Assembly (NCBI RefSeq): GCF_964355755.1
Contig: NC_092674.1
Location: 12,648,001 to 12,712,000, forward strand
Reading direction: 5' to 3'
From: Antedon mediterranea
Taxonomy: Eukaryota; Animalia; Echinodermata
DNA length: 64,000 nucleotides
Shown here: one piece after another, positions 1 through 13,231 of the stretch
Position numbering within the stretch: the stretch's first letter is position 1
How the letters are laid out: every line of letters starts with the position of its first letter
The notes under the pieces: generated by a model
The model's database searches: none
Told to the model about the DNA's origin: nothing
What the model saw: only the letters and a program-made list of their open reading frames with translations
Made by a program: the position numbers and the translations under genes

Positions 1-92
1 AATGAAAAAAAAATGTCTGTTAAGTTCTCGGTTACGGTCAATAGAACCATTCTTGCAACTGAGTTGAACTTCGAAAATACCGGTCAGATGTA

Positions 93-2278
93 CAGTGGGG
101 GAAAGGCACTTCGCGTTTTGACCGTTAAATCGTGTAAAATCGACTTACTTCCGCATTGACGATTTTGAAGCGCCACCTATTGTTGAAAACTGAAACCACG
201 ATTTTTCGTCGCCTAGCAAATAAGTGCTGTTTTATTTTAAGCTCTCATGAATATTTATGAACCGCCCAACATTACCTATTATGGTAAACGCATTTCCTAA
301 TAAGTATAATTGGATAACCAATCGGTTTCCTTCAAAGAAACCGAAGCTAATACAATACATTCGGCGACTGAAGTAGGGACTCGTGAAATTTATAAATGTG
401 GTACGATTTGACTACTGTTTTGTTGTCCATTTTCTGTCCATAGTCGGAGGTGCATCCCAACAAATTACAAAAATTATAATCAATTGTTTTATCAAGAATA
501 ATATTAGTTTAATCGTTTAATCGAGTATGATATATTTCTATCCTGTTAAAAATTTGTTGGTGTATTCTCAGGCCTCGAAAGGTAGGTACATTTTGTAGCT
601 GTGAGCGTGGTTTCGGCAACGCGAGACACGTGTATCAGTATAGGCGATAGCGAGACGTGTGTTGTACTGTGTTGATGCTGATCCGATAATCGTTAAGTTG
701 TACTGATTACGAGTATCATTGGTCCTGGCCGGCCTAGCCTGGCGATCTGATCCTCCCAAAAAATACTTTTTTCAATCAGTATTAATATTATTATTATTTT
801 TTTCATTTATTATTTGATTTATTAGGCTCAATAGATGCCTAGCTAGGCTACTACTAGTTGGCCTAGATTATATAAATAATAATAGTAAATACTGTAATTT
901 AAATAATAAAATACAGCCCCCCCCCCCCCCCCCATTTTACTTCTTAGGACATCATATAATATTATAATTATATATACAACCAGACATTAACATTTTTTTT
1001 TAATAATATTTATTATTTTTTCTGACACTTTCAGGAATCGTTGATGATGCAGAGTTCTTCGTCATTGTGACTTCAAATTGAGAGTGAAGTGGATAAAAAT
1101 ATGACACCGGTACCTACCGACATTGTCATACCCAAACTATAATTTAATAATTTAAAACAAAATGTTGAATTGCAAATAATATATGTATGTTGCAGAGGAT
1201 TTAGATGAATTACAATACAAATGTTTTATGTTGAATGCGAGTTATACTCTGTAAATTATGTTATTGTCATGTGGTAGACCTTAAAAATTGAATATTTATT
1301 GTATGCTAGGCCTATATTATATTTTATTAATACTATTACTGTATTACTATTATTTATATTAACAGTAGGCCTACTACTATAGTTTGTACATGTTTTTACC
1401 AAAAAAAATGAATAAATAATTTGTTATTCAATCTAATTGCTTATTTGTTCATCGATAACAAAACAATTGTAAGCAAGTATATAACAGTTCTTGTTAGCCG
1501 CTTATTTCAGGTCATATTATTAATATTAGCTAGGCCCGATGCGCCCGATCACAACGTCACTAAGTGACTTTCCGCCCCTAGGAACAATCGTTCGCTAAAT
1601 AGGGCTAGGCCTCGGACTCGTATAAAAGCTATTATAATAGTTATGATAAATATTCCTCAACTAAAATGTATATTGTGATAAATAAACAAGTAATAATATA
1701 CGTTGTATTGGAATGTATTTATTTATATGAATTCTTACACGCGGACAATTATAAACATCGCGTATATCGTTCGCTATAAATAAATTCATAAACACGATGA
1801 CGACGTGTTTACAAAATGGCGGTTTCGCTAGTTTTCGATGGAACAAATAGAGATACCTTTAGTTTGAATAGTCGGAGCTGCATCCCAACAACCGAATTTT
1901 GTATCTTAATATCGTATTCTGTGGATTATTAATTTTTCTAACAGGGATTTTAAATTCAGGACTGTTCAATTTTTCTAAATATTTTATTTTAACGATTTTC
2001 TAGAGTAGGCTACAATTTCGGAAAAAAGACATTGGTTTATTTTGCCGTTAAATTACAGATTATCGTTTTGTTCAAATACATTTAATTTTACATGACAATA
2101 TATCACAACCATTTATGAATTTATTTCACTAACAATATTTTTCCGATAATCAGCTAAATTTACAAATATTGTGTTTTTCAAACACCCTAAAATTTAGCAA
2201 TTTTGAACTAAATTAGAAAAGTAGGGCGCCCTCTCCGAGTCGAAATTTGACACGATTTGTCGACTGGCTCTCCCACTG
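93..2278. mobile_element. Non-autonomous TIR DNA transposon (~2.2 kb), copy 1; superfamily unassigned
   Basis: Ends CAGTGGG...CCCACTG, flanked by 4-bp duplication TGTA (89-92, 2279-2282). Near-identical direct copy at 61109-63282. Paralogous intron sites near 24665 and 54850 lack the insert. No transposase ORF. Confidence 0.85.
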
Positions 2279-3217
2279 TGTAAAAACAAGTAAAACAGAA
2301 TAAATTAGCAATTGTCACTGCATACTCATCCTTCAAACTAGCCGCCATCAAGCAAACACTCAATTCACACTCATTCAGATAAACAAAAAAATGCACTTAT
2401 TTTCGGATTATTTTTTTCTTACTTAATTTTTGTGTATTATTTTATATTAATGTACATCGTTTTTATTTAATATTATGACTCCAATTATATATTGGAAATA
2501 AGGATTTGATCGAGTCGACTTTAGATTTGCAAGTAACAGAGAAGCATTTCTCTTGTCCGTTGTCAGAAGGTTATTGAATCTTTGTTGTTGATTTCTCTAA
2601 TACCTATATGTAATTAACCGCTTTACGTCAATCTGTGTAGTAGGTACTAACAATAATATGTATTAGAACTCGTAACTGTCCTTTTCTGATATCTATCTTC
2701 GACTCAATGTATTTCATTTCTTTCATGAATATGAACAGTTTATCTTAAATGAAAGTTGAATTGAATTTGAATTGCTTGTTTATTGTATTAACCATTTTCT
2801 GTAATTTTAGTATTAATTTCTTTAAAATGAATCTTATGAGCGTTAGTTTTACAGCAACAATAGTACTTTATTTAACATTTTATAATAAAAATAAATTACC
2901 TTGGATATGAATAAGTACAACACCGTGTTTGATATTATCAAGAAGTGATAACAGTAAACAATTGTATGAATATGCTTGATAAATAAATAGACATAGCAGT
3001 CAATAATTATTCAACAATTAGTATAATTGTGTTTGTTTTAGAATACAATATTGTGTGTATAAATGTACGTGGCGGAGCGTTTATTAGAGGGTGGAGGTTG
3101 GATATTCCAAAGATGTTTTATTGGCGAGGGGCGTTTATTCAAATATTTGCGGTAGGCCTAATTGGTATAATCAATATATTATTTAGTTTAAATCAAACAC
3201 CAAATATTGACAATCAT

Positions 3218-5195
3218 TACCCAAAAAGAAAATTAGAATATTTAATAATAATAAGCCTTGGCTCACAAAAGATGTAAGAAAGGAATTACTTAAGAAATAT
3301 ATTGCATCTAAAAACAAATGCAACGAGATGGAAAAGAAAAAGATTAAAAAATGTGTAAATATGAAAATCAAAGCATGTAAAAAACTAAATGAAGAAAAAA
3401 TTGAGAACAAATTCAAGTGACACCCGTCAGGCCTGGAATTGAGTTAGGAAAATTACAGGTATGGGGAAGAAAAATAATGAAATTGAACACAGTTTTAAAC
3501 CAAATGATTTTAATATTTTTTATTCTAGATTTGATGAAATAAATTTTAAATGTGAAATGACTGCATCTGCTGAAGGGTTTAAAAATGAAATGAATGATAA
3601 AAGTACAATAAAAATTGATGTAGATGATGTTAAGAAATATATGGAAAGGGTAAATGTTAGTAAAGCAAAGGGTCCGGACGGTGTATCGGGGCGTTTGATT
3701 AGATCATGTGCCTCTCAGTTTTCACCAATAATAAGCCAGCTTTTCCAGTGTTCACTGAACACGGGGGTGGTACCTGATCTATGGAAGGTCTCTGAGATTA
3801 TACCTGTTCCGAAAATGTGTAACCCTAAAATCATTAACGACTTCAGACCAGTGGCATTATCATCTATTCTAATGAAGATCCTTGAGAAAATTGTTAGAAG
3901 TCAACTAATGTCTGAATGTAGTGATTTTATGGATACTAACCAATTTGCATATTAATGTAATATAGGGGTCGATGATGTAATTATAACCTTGTTAGACCTG
4001 GTGGTTTCATATTTAGATAAGAAGCTTGAGGGCTACTCATAGACTTTTCATCTGCATTTAATTTGATGCAGCCTCATATTTTAATGAATAAAATGTCTGA
4101 ATGGAAGGTTAATACTTACCTTGCTCTATGTGTTGGTGATTTTCTTACAAATCGGCAACATTATGTTAAAGTTGGTAAATCTATCTCAGAGATTAGAAGG
4201 ATCAACACTGGTGGACCCCAGGGGTGTTGTCTGTCACCAAGTTTATTTACAATATATACTAGTGAATGTCGATCTTCATGTAGCATTGTGTCATATAATC
4301 AAATACGCAGATGACATGGTACTGATTGGTCTATTGAAAAATGCTGACGATCATGTGTATAAGGCTGAATATGTTAAATTAATGTCATGGTGCAATGACA
4401 ATTACCTTAAAGATTAATTTTAATAAAACTAAAGAAATGATATGGGATTTTAGGAAAAAGAAAAATAAAAAAAGTTATCTGATAGTTAATGATCAGACAA
4501 TTGAACGTGTTCATGAACCCAAATATCTTGGTACACATATTGATGATCAACTTAGTTTTGAAAAAAATACGGCCGAGATAATTAAGAAAGGTCACCAAAG
4601 GTTATATTTCCTAAGAAAGCTAAATAAATTTAATGTTAGCTGTGGTACTCTAAAATTATTCTATGAAACAGTTATTCAATCAGTACTAGTTATCTCTTTT
4701 ATTGCTTGGTTCGGTAATTTAAATGAAACACACAAGAAAGGTCTCATTAGAATTACTAAGATAGCATCAAATATAATTGGTTGTACGGTAATAATGATTT
4801 AAAATATCTTTATGAAAAACAGGTCCTAAGTAAATTAAGTAAAATTTTAGAAGATAAGAAACATCCATTGCATATGATATTTTTTAAGAACAAGTCAGGC
4901 CGGTTACGGGCTCCTAGAGCTGATACGTCAAGAAACCGACTGTCTTTTGTACCAAATTCAACTCATATTTTTAACTCAAAGATTGTTAGATCATAATAGC
5001 GCACATGCAATATATATTTTAAACTTTTACTGTTGATGGATGTTTTAATTAATGTTTTTAAATTGTAAATTTGTTCTATGTATGATGTAATTATGAATGT
5101 TTTACCATATTTTTCTGTCGAGGAAAACAATTTTTCCATGTACAATTTAGTATATATGGAACGAATAAAGATTTGATTTGATTTGATTTGATTTG
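3218..5195 (+). mobile_element. 5'-truncated, degenerate Rex1/Babar-like LINE (RT domain to 3' tail)
   Basis: Broken ORFs 3461-4996 with KAKGPDG, NDFRPVALS, QFAY, DFSSAFN, PQGCCLSP, KYADD and RLYFLRKL. AATAAA followed by a (GATTT)n tail. ATCAT duplicated at 3213-3217 and 5196-5200; empty site at ~55825. Confidence 0.9.
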
Positions 5196-6181
5196 ATCAT
5201 CAGTGGGCCGTTAATAAGAAACACGTTTTAAACGGCTTGCAACATGAACCAAAGCATCACTGGTCTCAATGACGATGCAGTACATACAGATAGCGCGCAG
5301 TCTGTTCAAACATAACAGCAACTCAACAACTCGGCTACCAATCGGCTATATCGATTTCTGATATAATTTTATATACTGATTTTACAATTTTCCCTGCAAA
5401 ATACCTCGATGATGTTTTAATATGATGGACTTTTTTTTGCAGTATAATTTCATTTTGTTTAAACTACAGGCGTTGTCCATTAAAAAAAAACCCTGCCGAT
5501 GAAATTAGAAATGTTGTTTTAAAACTTTCTATAATATCTGCCTAAGAGAGAAATATTATAAAATCTACGACTGTCTTTTGTACCAAATTCAACTCATATT
5601 TTTAACTCAAAGATTGTTAGATCATAATAGCGCACATGCAATATATATTTTAAAGTTTTACTGTTGATGGATGTTTTAATTAATGTTTTTAAATTGTAAA
5701 TTTGTTCTATGTATGATGTAATTATGAATGTTTACCATAGTTTTCTGTCGAGGAAAACAATTTTTCCATGTACAAATAGGGAACGAATAAAGATTTGATT
5801 TGATTTGATTTTATTTGATCATCAGTGGGCCGTTAATAAGAAACACGTTTTAAACGGCTTGCAACATGAACCAAAGCATCACTGGTCTCAATGACGATGC
5901 AGTACATACAGATAGCGCGCAGTCTGTTCAAACATAACAGCAACTCAACAACTCGGCTACCAATCGGCTATATCGATTTCTGATATAATTTTATATACTG
6001 ATTTGACAATTTTCCCTGCAAAATACCTCGATGATGTTTTAATATGCTGGACTTTTTTTTTGCAGTATAATCTCATTTTGTTTAAACTACAGGCGTTGCC
6101 CGTGAAAAAAAAAACCCCCTGCCGATGAAATTAGAAATGTTGTTTTAAAACTTTCTATAATATCTGCCTAAGAGAGAAATT
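4937..6181 (+). repeat. Tandem duplication (~630 bp x2) of the LINE 3' end plus downstream flank
   Basis: 4937-5566 is repeated at 5567-6181, including the (GATTT)n tail. Confidence 0.9.
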
Positions 6182-6660
6182 TGAACAAATGGAATAGAAC
6201 ATGAACTCAGTACTTTTGGATTTTAACCCACGAAGCCTCAACCTTTGCAATCGAACATTTTACCGGCACAAACGAAGCAAATTGAAAAAGTCAACATATG
6301 TTGCTGATCTGGTAGATACCATTGAGTACAAATTCGCCGTAGTCACAATAAAACATCTGTACGAAACTCGTGCAGCTGTCCCACATGTGAACGTGACATG
6401 TACATTGATATACATTTGAGAAAAAAAATATTCCATATTTCTCTCTTTAAACAAACTAAAAAAAATGAACTAATTTATATTAATTATACTGTATATGGTT
6501 TGGCTATTTAATATTATTGTAACTCAGACTGTTTAAAACTTAATGAAGAAATAGCTCATAATGTTTAATATGTTATAAATTGTGTATACACTACGATACG
6601 ACGTGACGTTATTATTACAGTAGTAGACAATGTATAAATATTATAATGTACCGATGATAA

Positions 6661-7657
6661 TCTATATATAAATTATGGTTAATTCTGACAAAGGCGAGCA
6701 CAATGCAAACACTTCGGTACAAATCTCCGCCTTGGATACCTACCTTATCTATCTCAGATGTACCGCGAAACGTAGATTTGATAACATTAGTTTCACATCG
6801 ACGCTATTGTTCCATATTTCAATCTTAGAAATATATTATAAAGGGTTTTATAAGAAATTTTCTGATTTCAATCGGTAAATTTTAACTCTGCGCGCGGTAG
6901 AAGTAATTTTCGGGTTCACGGTAAGGTGTTGGTTTCAACCAGGGAGTTGTAAAACAACTACCTGTTTCAAGTGCTTGGTGGCGAAAGCCATTTTGTGTTT
7001 TTGTTATTTTCGGACCGCGCGTGTGAAGGTATATAATAGTAGTACATAAACCCCGATAGCCGAGTTGTTGAGTAAGCTGCCAAGACGTTGTGTATAATGT
7101 GCGCTATCTGTGTCCCGTCAGGATCCTGGGATACTTCTGCCCATGTTGCAAGCCGTCTAAAACGTCTTTCTTCTTAGGCCACTGTGTCGCGGAATAATGT
7201 ATTAATTATACCAATTAGGATGGTATTTATTTGATTAAACGCCCGGAACACCTCCCCAATAAAACATCAATTAAAATAATTATCTCGCTACCAACCCCAC
7301 CCCAAATACATCTATTAAACGCCCATCCACAATATTATATTTAGAACCCAATTATACTATTTTTATTAGATTTCTTCGGACTATTATCTACAATTTACCA
7401 AGACTTTGTTATTCTTTCTTACCACTTTTCATATCTACAATAAAAACACTATACGCCTAAAACACTATTAATCATCTAAGACACTTAGGTTAGTGAGTAC
7501 GTTTAGTTTTACGAATATCAAAAGCATAGTAACCGACCGAAATTGTCCAGGCCAGAATGTCCTTCTAAAACTGTTTACGACCCGAGTCATTATCATTCCG
7601 AGAACCATCGTCTACACTTCCTAGAGGGGGAGCGAGAGAAGCGAGCTCACCCTCTAG
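6661..7657 (+). mobile_element. Non-autonomous Helitron
   Basis: A|TCTATATA start; 3' hairpin containing GCGAG(A)GAAGCGAGC, ending CTAG|T; no TSD. Absent from the paralogous site ~57060. 3' end resembles 19802-19865. Confidence 0.75.
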
Positions 7658-8005
7658 TAATTATTATTAATATTTATAAAGATTAAACAAGTTATTACAA
7701 AGTGTGACACCAGAGCCCCTTTCTCACAGAGTTGTGTGCCAGGAATATTGCGGGAATATACCATTACCATGCCGGTATGGTTTTCTGTGAGAACGGGTCG
7801 TCTTGGCATCATGCCGGCACCATGCCGGCATCGACATGACCTGCTTTAGACCTAGTAATATTCTAGGAATATTACCCGCAATGGCAGACGGGCATTCTGT
7901 GAGAACGTATTGCGGTTATATTCTGGGGTTCCCCGTCGAGGCTTTGAAACCTTGCGCAGTCAAGTGTATCACTTTGGCGACTATTCAATTCAATTAACAA
8001 TAATA

Positions 8006-8068
8006 ATGTGGAACTGGAGGGATAATGAGATAAGAGAGCTGCTTAAAATAAGGGGACAAGAAGAAATT
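8006..8068 (+). pseudogene. Remnant of the Harbinger Myb/SANT-like (trihelix) protein N-terminus
   Basis: MWNWRDNEIRELLKIRGQEEI fits the W-x3-E-x3-LL-x-I pattern and lies just inside a Harbinger TIR. Confidence 0.55.
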
Positions 8069-8099
8069 TGTAGCATAATCTATATAGGCCGCTAGGCTA

Positions 8100-11000
8100 G
8101 GAAGAGTCTAAATGTCATCCGTCAGGGCACCTATTTATTTTACGCATGCGCACTTAATTCCTTGGATAGATGGACCGCAATTCATAGATCGTATTTTACC
8201 ATTTGCACAATTATTCGATTATTACAGTGTAAGTGCAACGCGATGGTGAAAGTTCTTCTCGTTTTACCTTTGTAATTTTCATGCAATTCCACTACAAAAC
8301 CATGAATCATAATTTTACCGTACTGTTGCAAAATTTTAATCTTCGAATAATCATAATTTGCTTATATTTAGTAATGTTATTGCGTCACGGCACCTAGTTA
8401 GCTCAGTGCTGAGTTAGCTACATACACTGAGTTAGCATACGTTTTTCGTCTATGAACGAAGGTCTGAATTCACTATGAATCTGGGGTAGTGCCCTGACGG
8501 ATGATAAGTATTAATTGTCATCCGTCAGGGCACCTATATAGTTAACATATCATGTTGTTAATTCACTGTGAAACTGGTAGTGCCCTGACGGATGATAAGA
8601 ATTAATTGTCATCCGTCAGGGCACCTATATAGTTAACATACACGTTGTTAATTCACTGGTAGTGCCCTGACGGATGATAAGTATTAATTGTCATCCGTCA
8701 GGGCACCTATATAGTTAACATACACGTTGCTAATTCACTGTGTAACGTAGTGCCCTGACGGATGACAATTAATACTTATCATCCGTCAGGGCACTACCAG
8801 TTTCACAGTGAATTAACAACATGATATGTTAACTATATAGGTGCCCTGACGGATGACAATTAATACTTATCATCCGTCAGGGCACTACCAGATTCATAGT
8901 GAATTAACAACGTGTATGTTAACTATTTAGGTGCCCTGACGGATGACAATTAATACTTATCATCCGTCAGGGCACTACGTTACACAGTGAATTAACAACG
9001 TGTATGTTAACTATATAGGTGCCCTGACGGATGACAATTAATACTTATCATCCGTCAGGGCACTACCAGTTACACAGAGTGAATTAATAACGTGTATGTT
9101 AACTATATAGGTGCCCTGACGGATGACAATTAATACTTATCATCCGTCAGGGCACTACCAGTTACACAGAGTGAATTAATAACGTGTATGTTAACTATAG
9201 GTGCCCTGACGGATGACAATTAATACTTATCATCCGTCAGGGCACTACCAGATTCATAGTGAATTAACAACGTGTTATGTTAACTATTTAGGTGCCCTGA
9301 CGGATGACAATTAATACTTATCATCCGTCAGGGCACTACCAGTTACACAGTGAATTAGCAACGTGTATGTTAACTATATAGGTGCCCTGACGGATGACAA
9401 TTAATTCTTATCATCCGTCAGGGCACTACCAGTTTCACAGTGAATTAACAACATGATATGTTAACTATATAGGTGCCCTGACGGATGACAATTAATACTT
9501 ATCATCCGTCAGGGCACTACCAGATTCATAGTGAATTAACAACGTGTTATGTTAACTATTTAGGTGCCCTGACGGATGACAATTAATACTTATCATCCGT
9601 CAGGGCACTACCAGTTACACAGTGAATTAGCAACGTGTATGTTAACTATATAGGTGCCCTGACGGATGACAATTAATTCTTATCATCCGTCAGGGCACTA
9701 CCAGTTTCACAGTGAATTAACAACATGATATGTTAACTATATAGGTGCCCTGACGGATGACAATTAATACTTATCATCCGTCAGGGCACTACCAGATTCA
9801 TAGTGAATTAACAACGTGTATGTTAACTATATAGGTGCCCTGACGGATGACAATTAATTCTTATCATCCGTCAGGGCACTACCAGTTTCACAGTGAATTA
9901 ACAACATGATATGTTAACTATATAGGTGCCCTGACGGATGACAATTAATACTTATCATCCGTCAGGGCACTACCAGATTCATAGTGAATTAACAACGTGT
10001 ATGTTAACTATTTAGGTGCCCTGACGGATGACAATTAATACTTATCATCCGTCAGGGCACTACGTTACACAGTGAATTAACAACGTGTATGTTAACTATA
10101 TAGGTGCCCTGACGGATGACAATTAATACCTATCATCCGTCAGGGCACTACGTTACACAGTGAATTAATAACGTGTATGTTAACTATATAGGTGCCCTGA
10201 CGGATGACAATTAATTCTTATCATCCGTCAGAGGGCACTACCAGTTTCACAGTGAATTAACAACATGATATGTTAACTATATAGGTGCCCTGACGGATGA
10301 CAATTAATACTTATCATCCGTCAGGGCACTACCAGATTCATAGTGAATTAACAACGTGTTATGTTAACTATTTAGGTGCCCTGACGGATGACAATTAATA
10401 CTTATCATCCGTCAGGGCACTACCAGTTACACAGTGAATTAGCAACGTGTATGTTAACTATATAGGTGCCCTGACGAATGACAATTAATTCTTATCATCC
10501 GTCAGGGCACTACCAGTTTCACAGTGAATTAACAACATGATATGTTAACTATATAGGTGCCCTGACGGATGACAATTAATACTTATCATCCGTCAGGGCA
10601 CTACCAGATTCATAGTGAATTAACAACGTGTATGTTAACTATATAGGTGCCCTGACGGATGACAATTAATTCTTATCATCCGTCAGGGCACTACCAGTTT
10701 CACAGTGAATTAACAACATGATATGTTAACTATATATAGGTGCCCTGACGGATGACAATTAATACTTATCATCCGTCAGGGCACTACCAGATTCATAGTG
10801 AATTAACAACGTGTATGTTAACTATTTAGGTGCCCTGACGGATGACAATTAATACTTATCATCCGTCAGGGCACTACGTTACACAGTGAATTAACAACGT
10901 GTATGTTAACTATATAGGTGCCCTGACGGATGACAATTAATACCTATCATCCGTCAGGGCACTACGTTACACAGTGAATTAACAACGTGTATGTTAACTA

Positions 11001-11524
11001 TATAGGTGCCCTGACGGATGACAATTAATACTTATCATCCGTCAGGGCACTACCAGTTACACAGAGTGAATTAATAACGTGTATGTTAACTATATAGGTG
11101 CCCTGACGGATGACAATTAATACTTATCATCCGTCAGGGCACTACGAGATTCATAGTGAATTCAGACCTTCGTTCCGAAAAACGTATGCTAACTCAGTGC
11201 ATGTAGCTAACTCAGCACTGAGCTAACTAGGTGCCGTGACGCAATAACATTACTAAATATAAGCAAATTATGATTATTCGAAGATTAAAATTTTGCAACA
11301 GTACGGTAAAATTGTGATTCATGGTTTTGTAGTGGAATTGCATGAAAATTACAAAGGTAAAACGAGAAGAACTTTCACCATCGCGTTGCACTTACACTGT
11401 AATAATCGAATAATTGTGCAAATGGTAAAATACGATATATGAATTGCGGTCCATCTATCCAAGGAATTAAGTGCGCATGCGTAAAATAAATAGATGCCCT
11501 GACGGATGACATTTAGACTCTTCC
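8100..11524. mobile_element. Foldback (Mutator-like) element with ~390-bp TIRs and an internal satellite
   Basis: GGAAGAGTCTAAATG...CATTTAGACTCTTCC; arms 8100-~8488 and ~11143-11524 are near-perfect inverses; 9-bp TSD GCTAGGCTA (8091-8099, 11525-11533). Confidence 0.9.
8489..11142. repeat. Tandem array of about 30 ~90-bp units, each with a 16-bp-stem hairpin
   Basis: Each unit is GTGCCCTGACGGATGA-13 nt-TCATCCGTCAGGGCAC plus a ~45-bp linker that occurs as a few variants. The first 3 units are inverted relative to the rest. Confidence 0.95.
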
Positions 11525-12241
11525 GCTAGGCTAGGCCATTAGCTCTTTGTTTGTTGGTGCCTGACCTTTCGTCGCCTTGTAAATTGTAGGCCTACAGCCT
11601 TCTAAGGTGTTTTACAGATTGCCGATGACGGCAAATTAATTGCTATACCTGTATAATATATGCACAATATACTGTACATAGCATGTATTGCATAAATATG
11701 CTATAAAGGAAGATAATAATCTGTAACTTAACATTCGCCGCCATATCATCGCTAGACAAAAATAATAACAATAAAGGACGCCCTCAATAATTATTTTGTC
11801 AGAGACTTTTTATTGGCCGAATATGTCCGACTCCTTTCTCACAGAAAGCCGGTATATACCGGTTATATTTCCGGCACGATAGTCCGATGAGAATGGGTAT
11901 ATGCCGGTAACGATACCGGCACGACGCCAGCCCTGTACCGGTATATTGCAGGCACATCTGTGAGAAAGGGGCTCAGTTGTTACAAAACCTTGGTTAATCT
12001 GACTTTCCAATTTCAAGATTAACCTTGACGAGGCAGCGGTGTTCCGAACCATGTGAGGGGTACAACCGTGCAGTTCTCGACAATTTAGTTGCAACAAAAA
12101 TGATCTGTAATATGACCCGCGATGTGGTTGCTTCATTTAGGTATGTTATTACTGGCACGCCCTTTAAATTGTAAAATTAAACACTTTTTAAATCACACTT
12201 AATTATATAGTAATATTATTATTAATGTGTGTAACACTTAC

Positions 12242-12340
12242 TTTGGCCTGAAGATCCAATTTAGCACCTTCCTTGAGCAAAATAGTGCAAACATCTGTGT
12301 GGCCGTTTTGTGCAGCCAAATGTAAAGGTGACCACCCATC
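12242..12340 (-). CDS. Ankyrin-repeat exon (99 nt, phase 0): DGWSPLHLAAQNGHTDVCTILLKEGAKLDLQAK
   Basis: Minus-strand TTTCAG acceptor and GTAAGT donor; exactly 33 codons matching the ankyrin consensus. Confidence 0.9.
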
Positions 12341-13212
12341 CTGAAATATTACAAACATTATGTTATAGTAATTTTTCTCTAAACAAACTATTATAATATT
12401 GTCCTGAAATCAATACGATGTGATCAATTAAAAATGACGTTATAGCTTTAAATAATGCTACATTATTAAACTAAATACGTATACATTTGTCTTTCTTGTA
12501 TAACATTTTTTATGTAAGTGCTTTATAAATGTATAAAACAAATAAGTGGGGTTTTTTTGCCTAAAAAGTAAACACTTCATCCGATAGTGCTAACTAGTCT
12601 GAGTGTAAATTATGATAAACTGGCAGTTAGCTAATTAATATCCATACTTCAAATTCTGTTCAGGTAACACATTTTGACTGCTAAATTCTTATCATTCATG
12701 GTTTCATTTTACCGTTACTTGGAGGGGATATGTTTTTTTAAATGTTTTATAAAATCAAATAAAAATCTCAATTCATATTTTTTGTATCATTTTGCATAAA
12801 ATACAGTGTTGCTCTACAGTACCATCCAAAAACAGAAAACTGAAAAAAAACACGAAATATCATTCTCTAACATTCAGTGCCCTAAAGGCATATGGTAATG
12901 ATTACAGAATCTATTACGAGAGGTGATGGACCTTTTCTTTGAACGTCAAAATAGTGCATTGGATATGTTGGGTCCTCAGTAAAGTATCTTATAAAAATGA
13001 GTACTGTAGTCCTATACGTGATGCATAACTAACAATACGTTCCAGCTAATTCCTACATGTAGTCTCGGTAAACTATAAAACAATGCAATACTTTCAATGA
13101 CAGATTTATAAAAAAAGATGTATGCATAATGTGACTTGTTTTATTGTTAAATAACTATGTAACTATGCATTTTTTGATAGGGATGTAATGGGATAAAACG
13201 ATCAGCATTACA

Positions 13213-13231
13213 TTAAAGGTGACACTCCATC
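13213..13231 (-). pseudogene. Truncated ankyrin exon remnant (DGVSPL then stop)
   Basis: Acceptor and upstream intron copy (13232 onward) are preserved; homology ends after ~6 codons; no donor. Confidence 0.7.

Larger units (their letters stand above)
7714..11973 (+). mobile_element. PIF/Harbinger-derived element, interrupted by a foldback element
   Basis: TIR AGCCCCTTTCTCACAGA / TCTGTGAGAAAGGGGCT; 3-bp TSD CAG (7711-7713, 11974-11976); single CAG at the empty paralogous site ~57122; subterminal GCCGG repeats. Confidence 0.85.

Noticed and set aside
8489-11142. CRISPR-like array (palindromic repeat plus spacers)
   Set aside because: The spacers are recurring variants of one sequence, there are no cas genes, the context is eukaryotic, and the array lies inside TIRs with a TSD.
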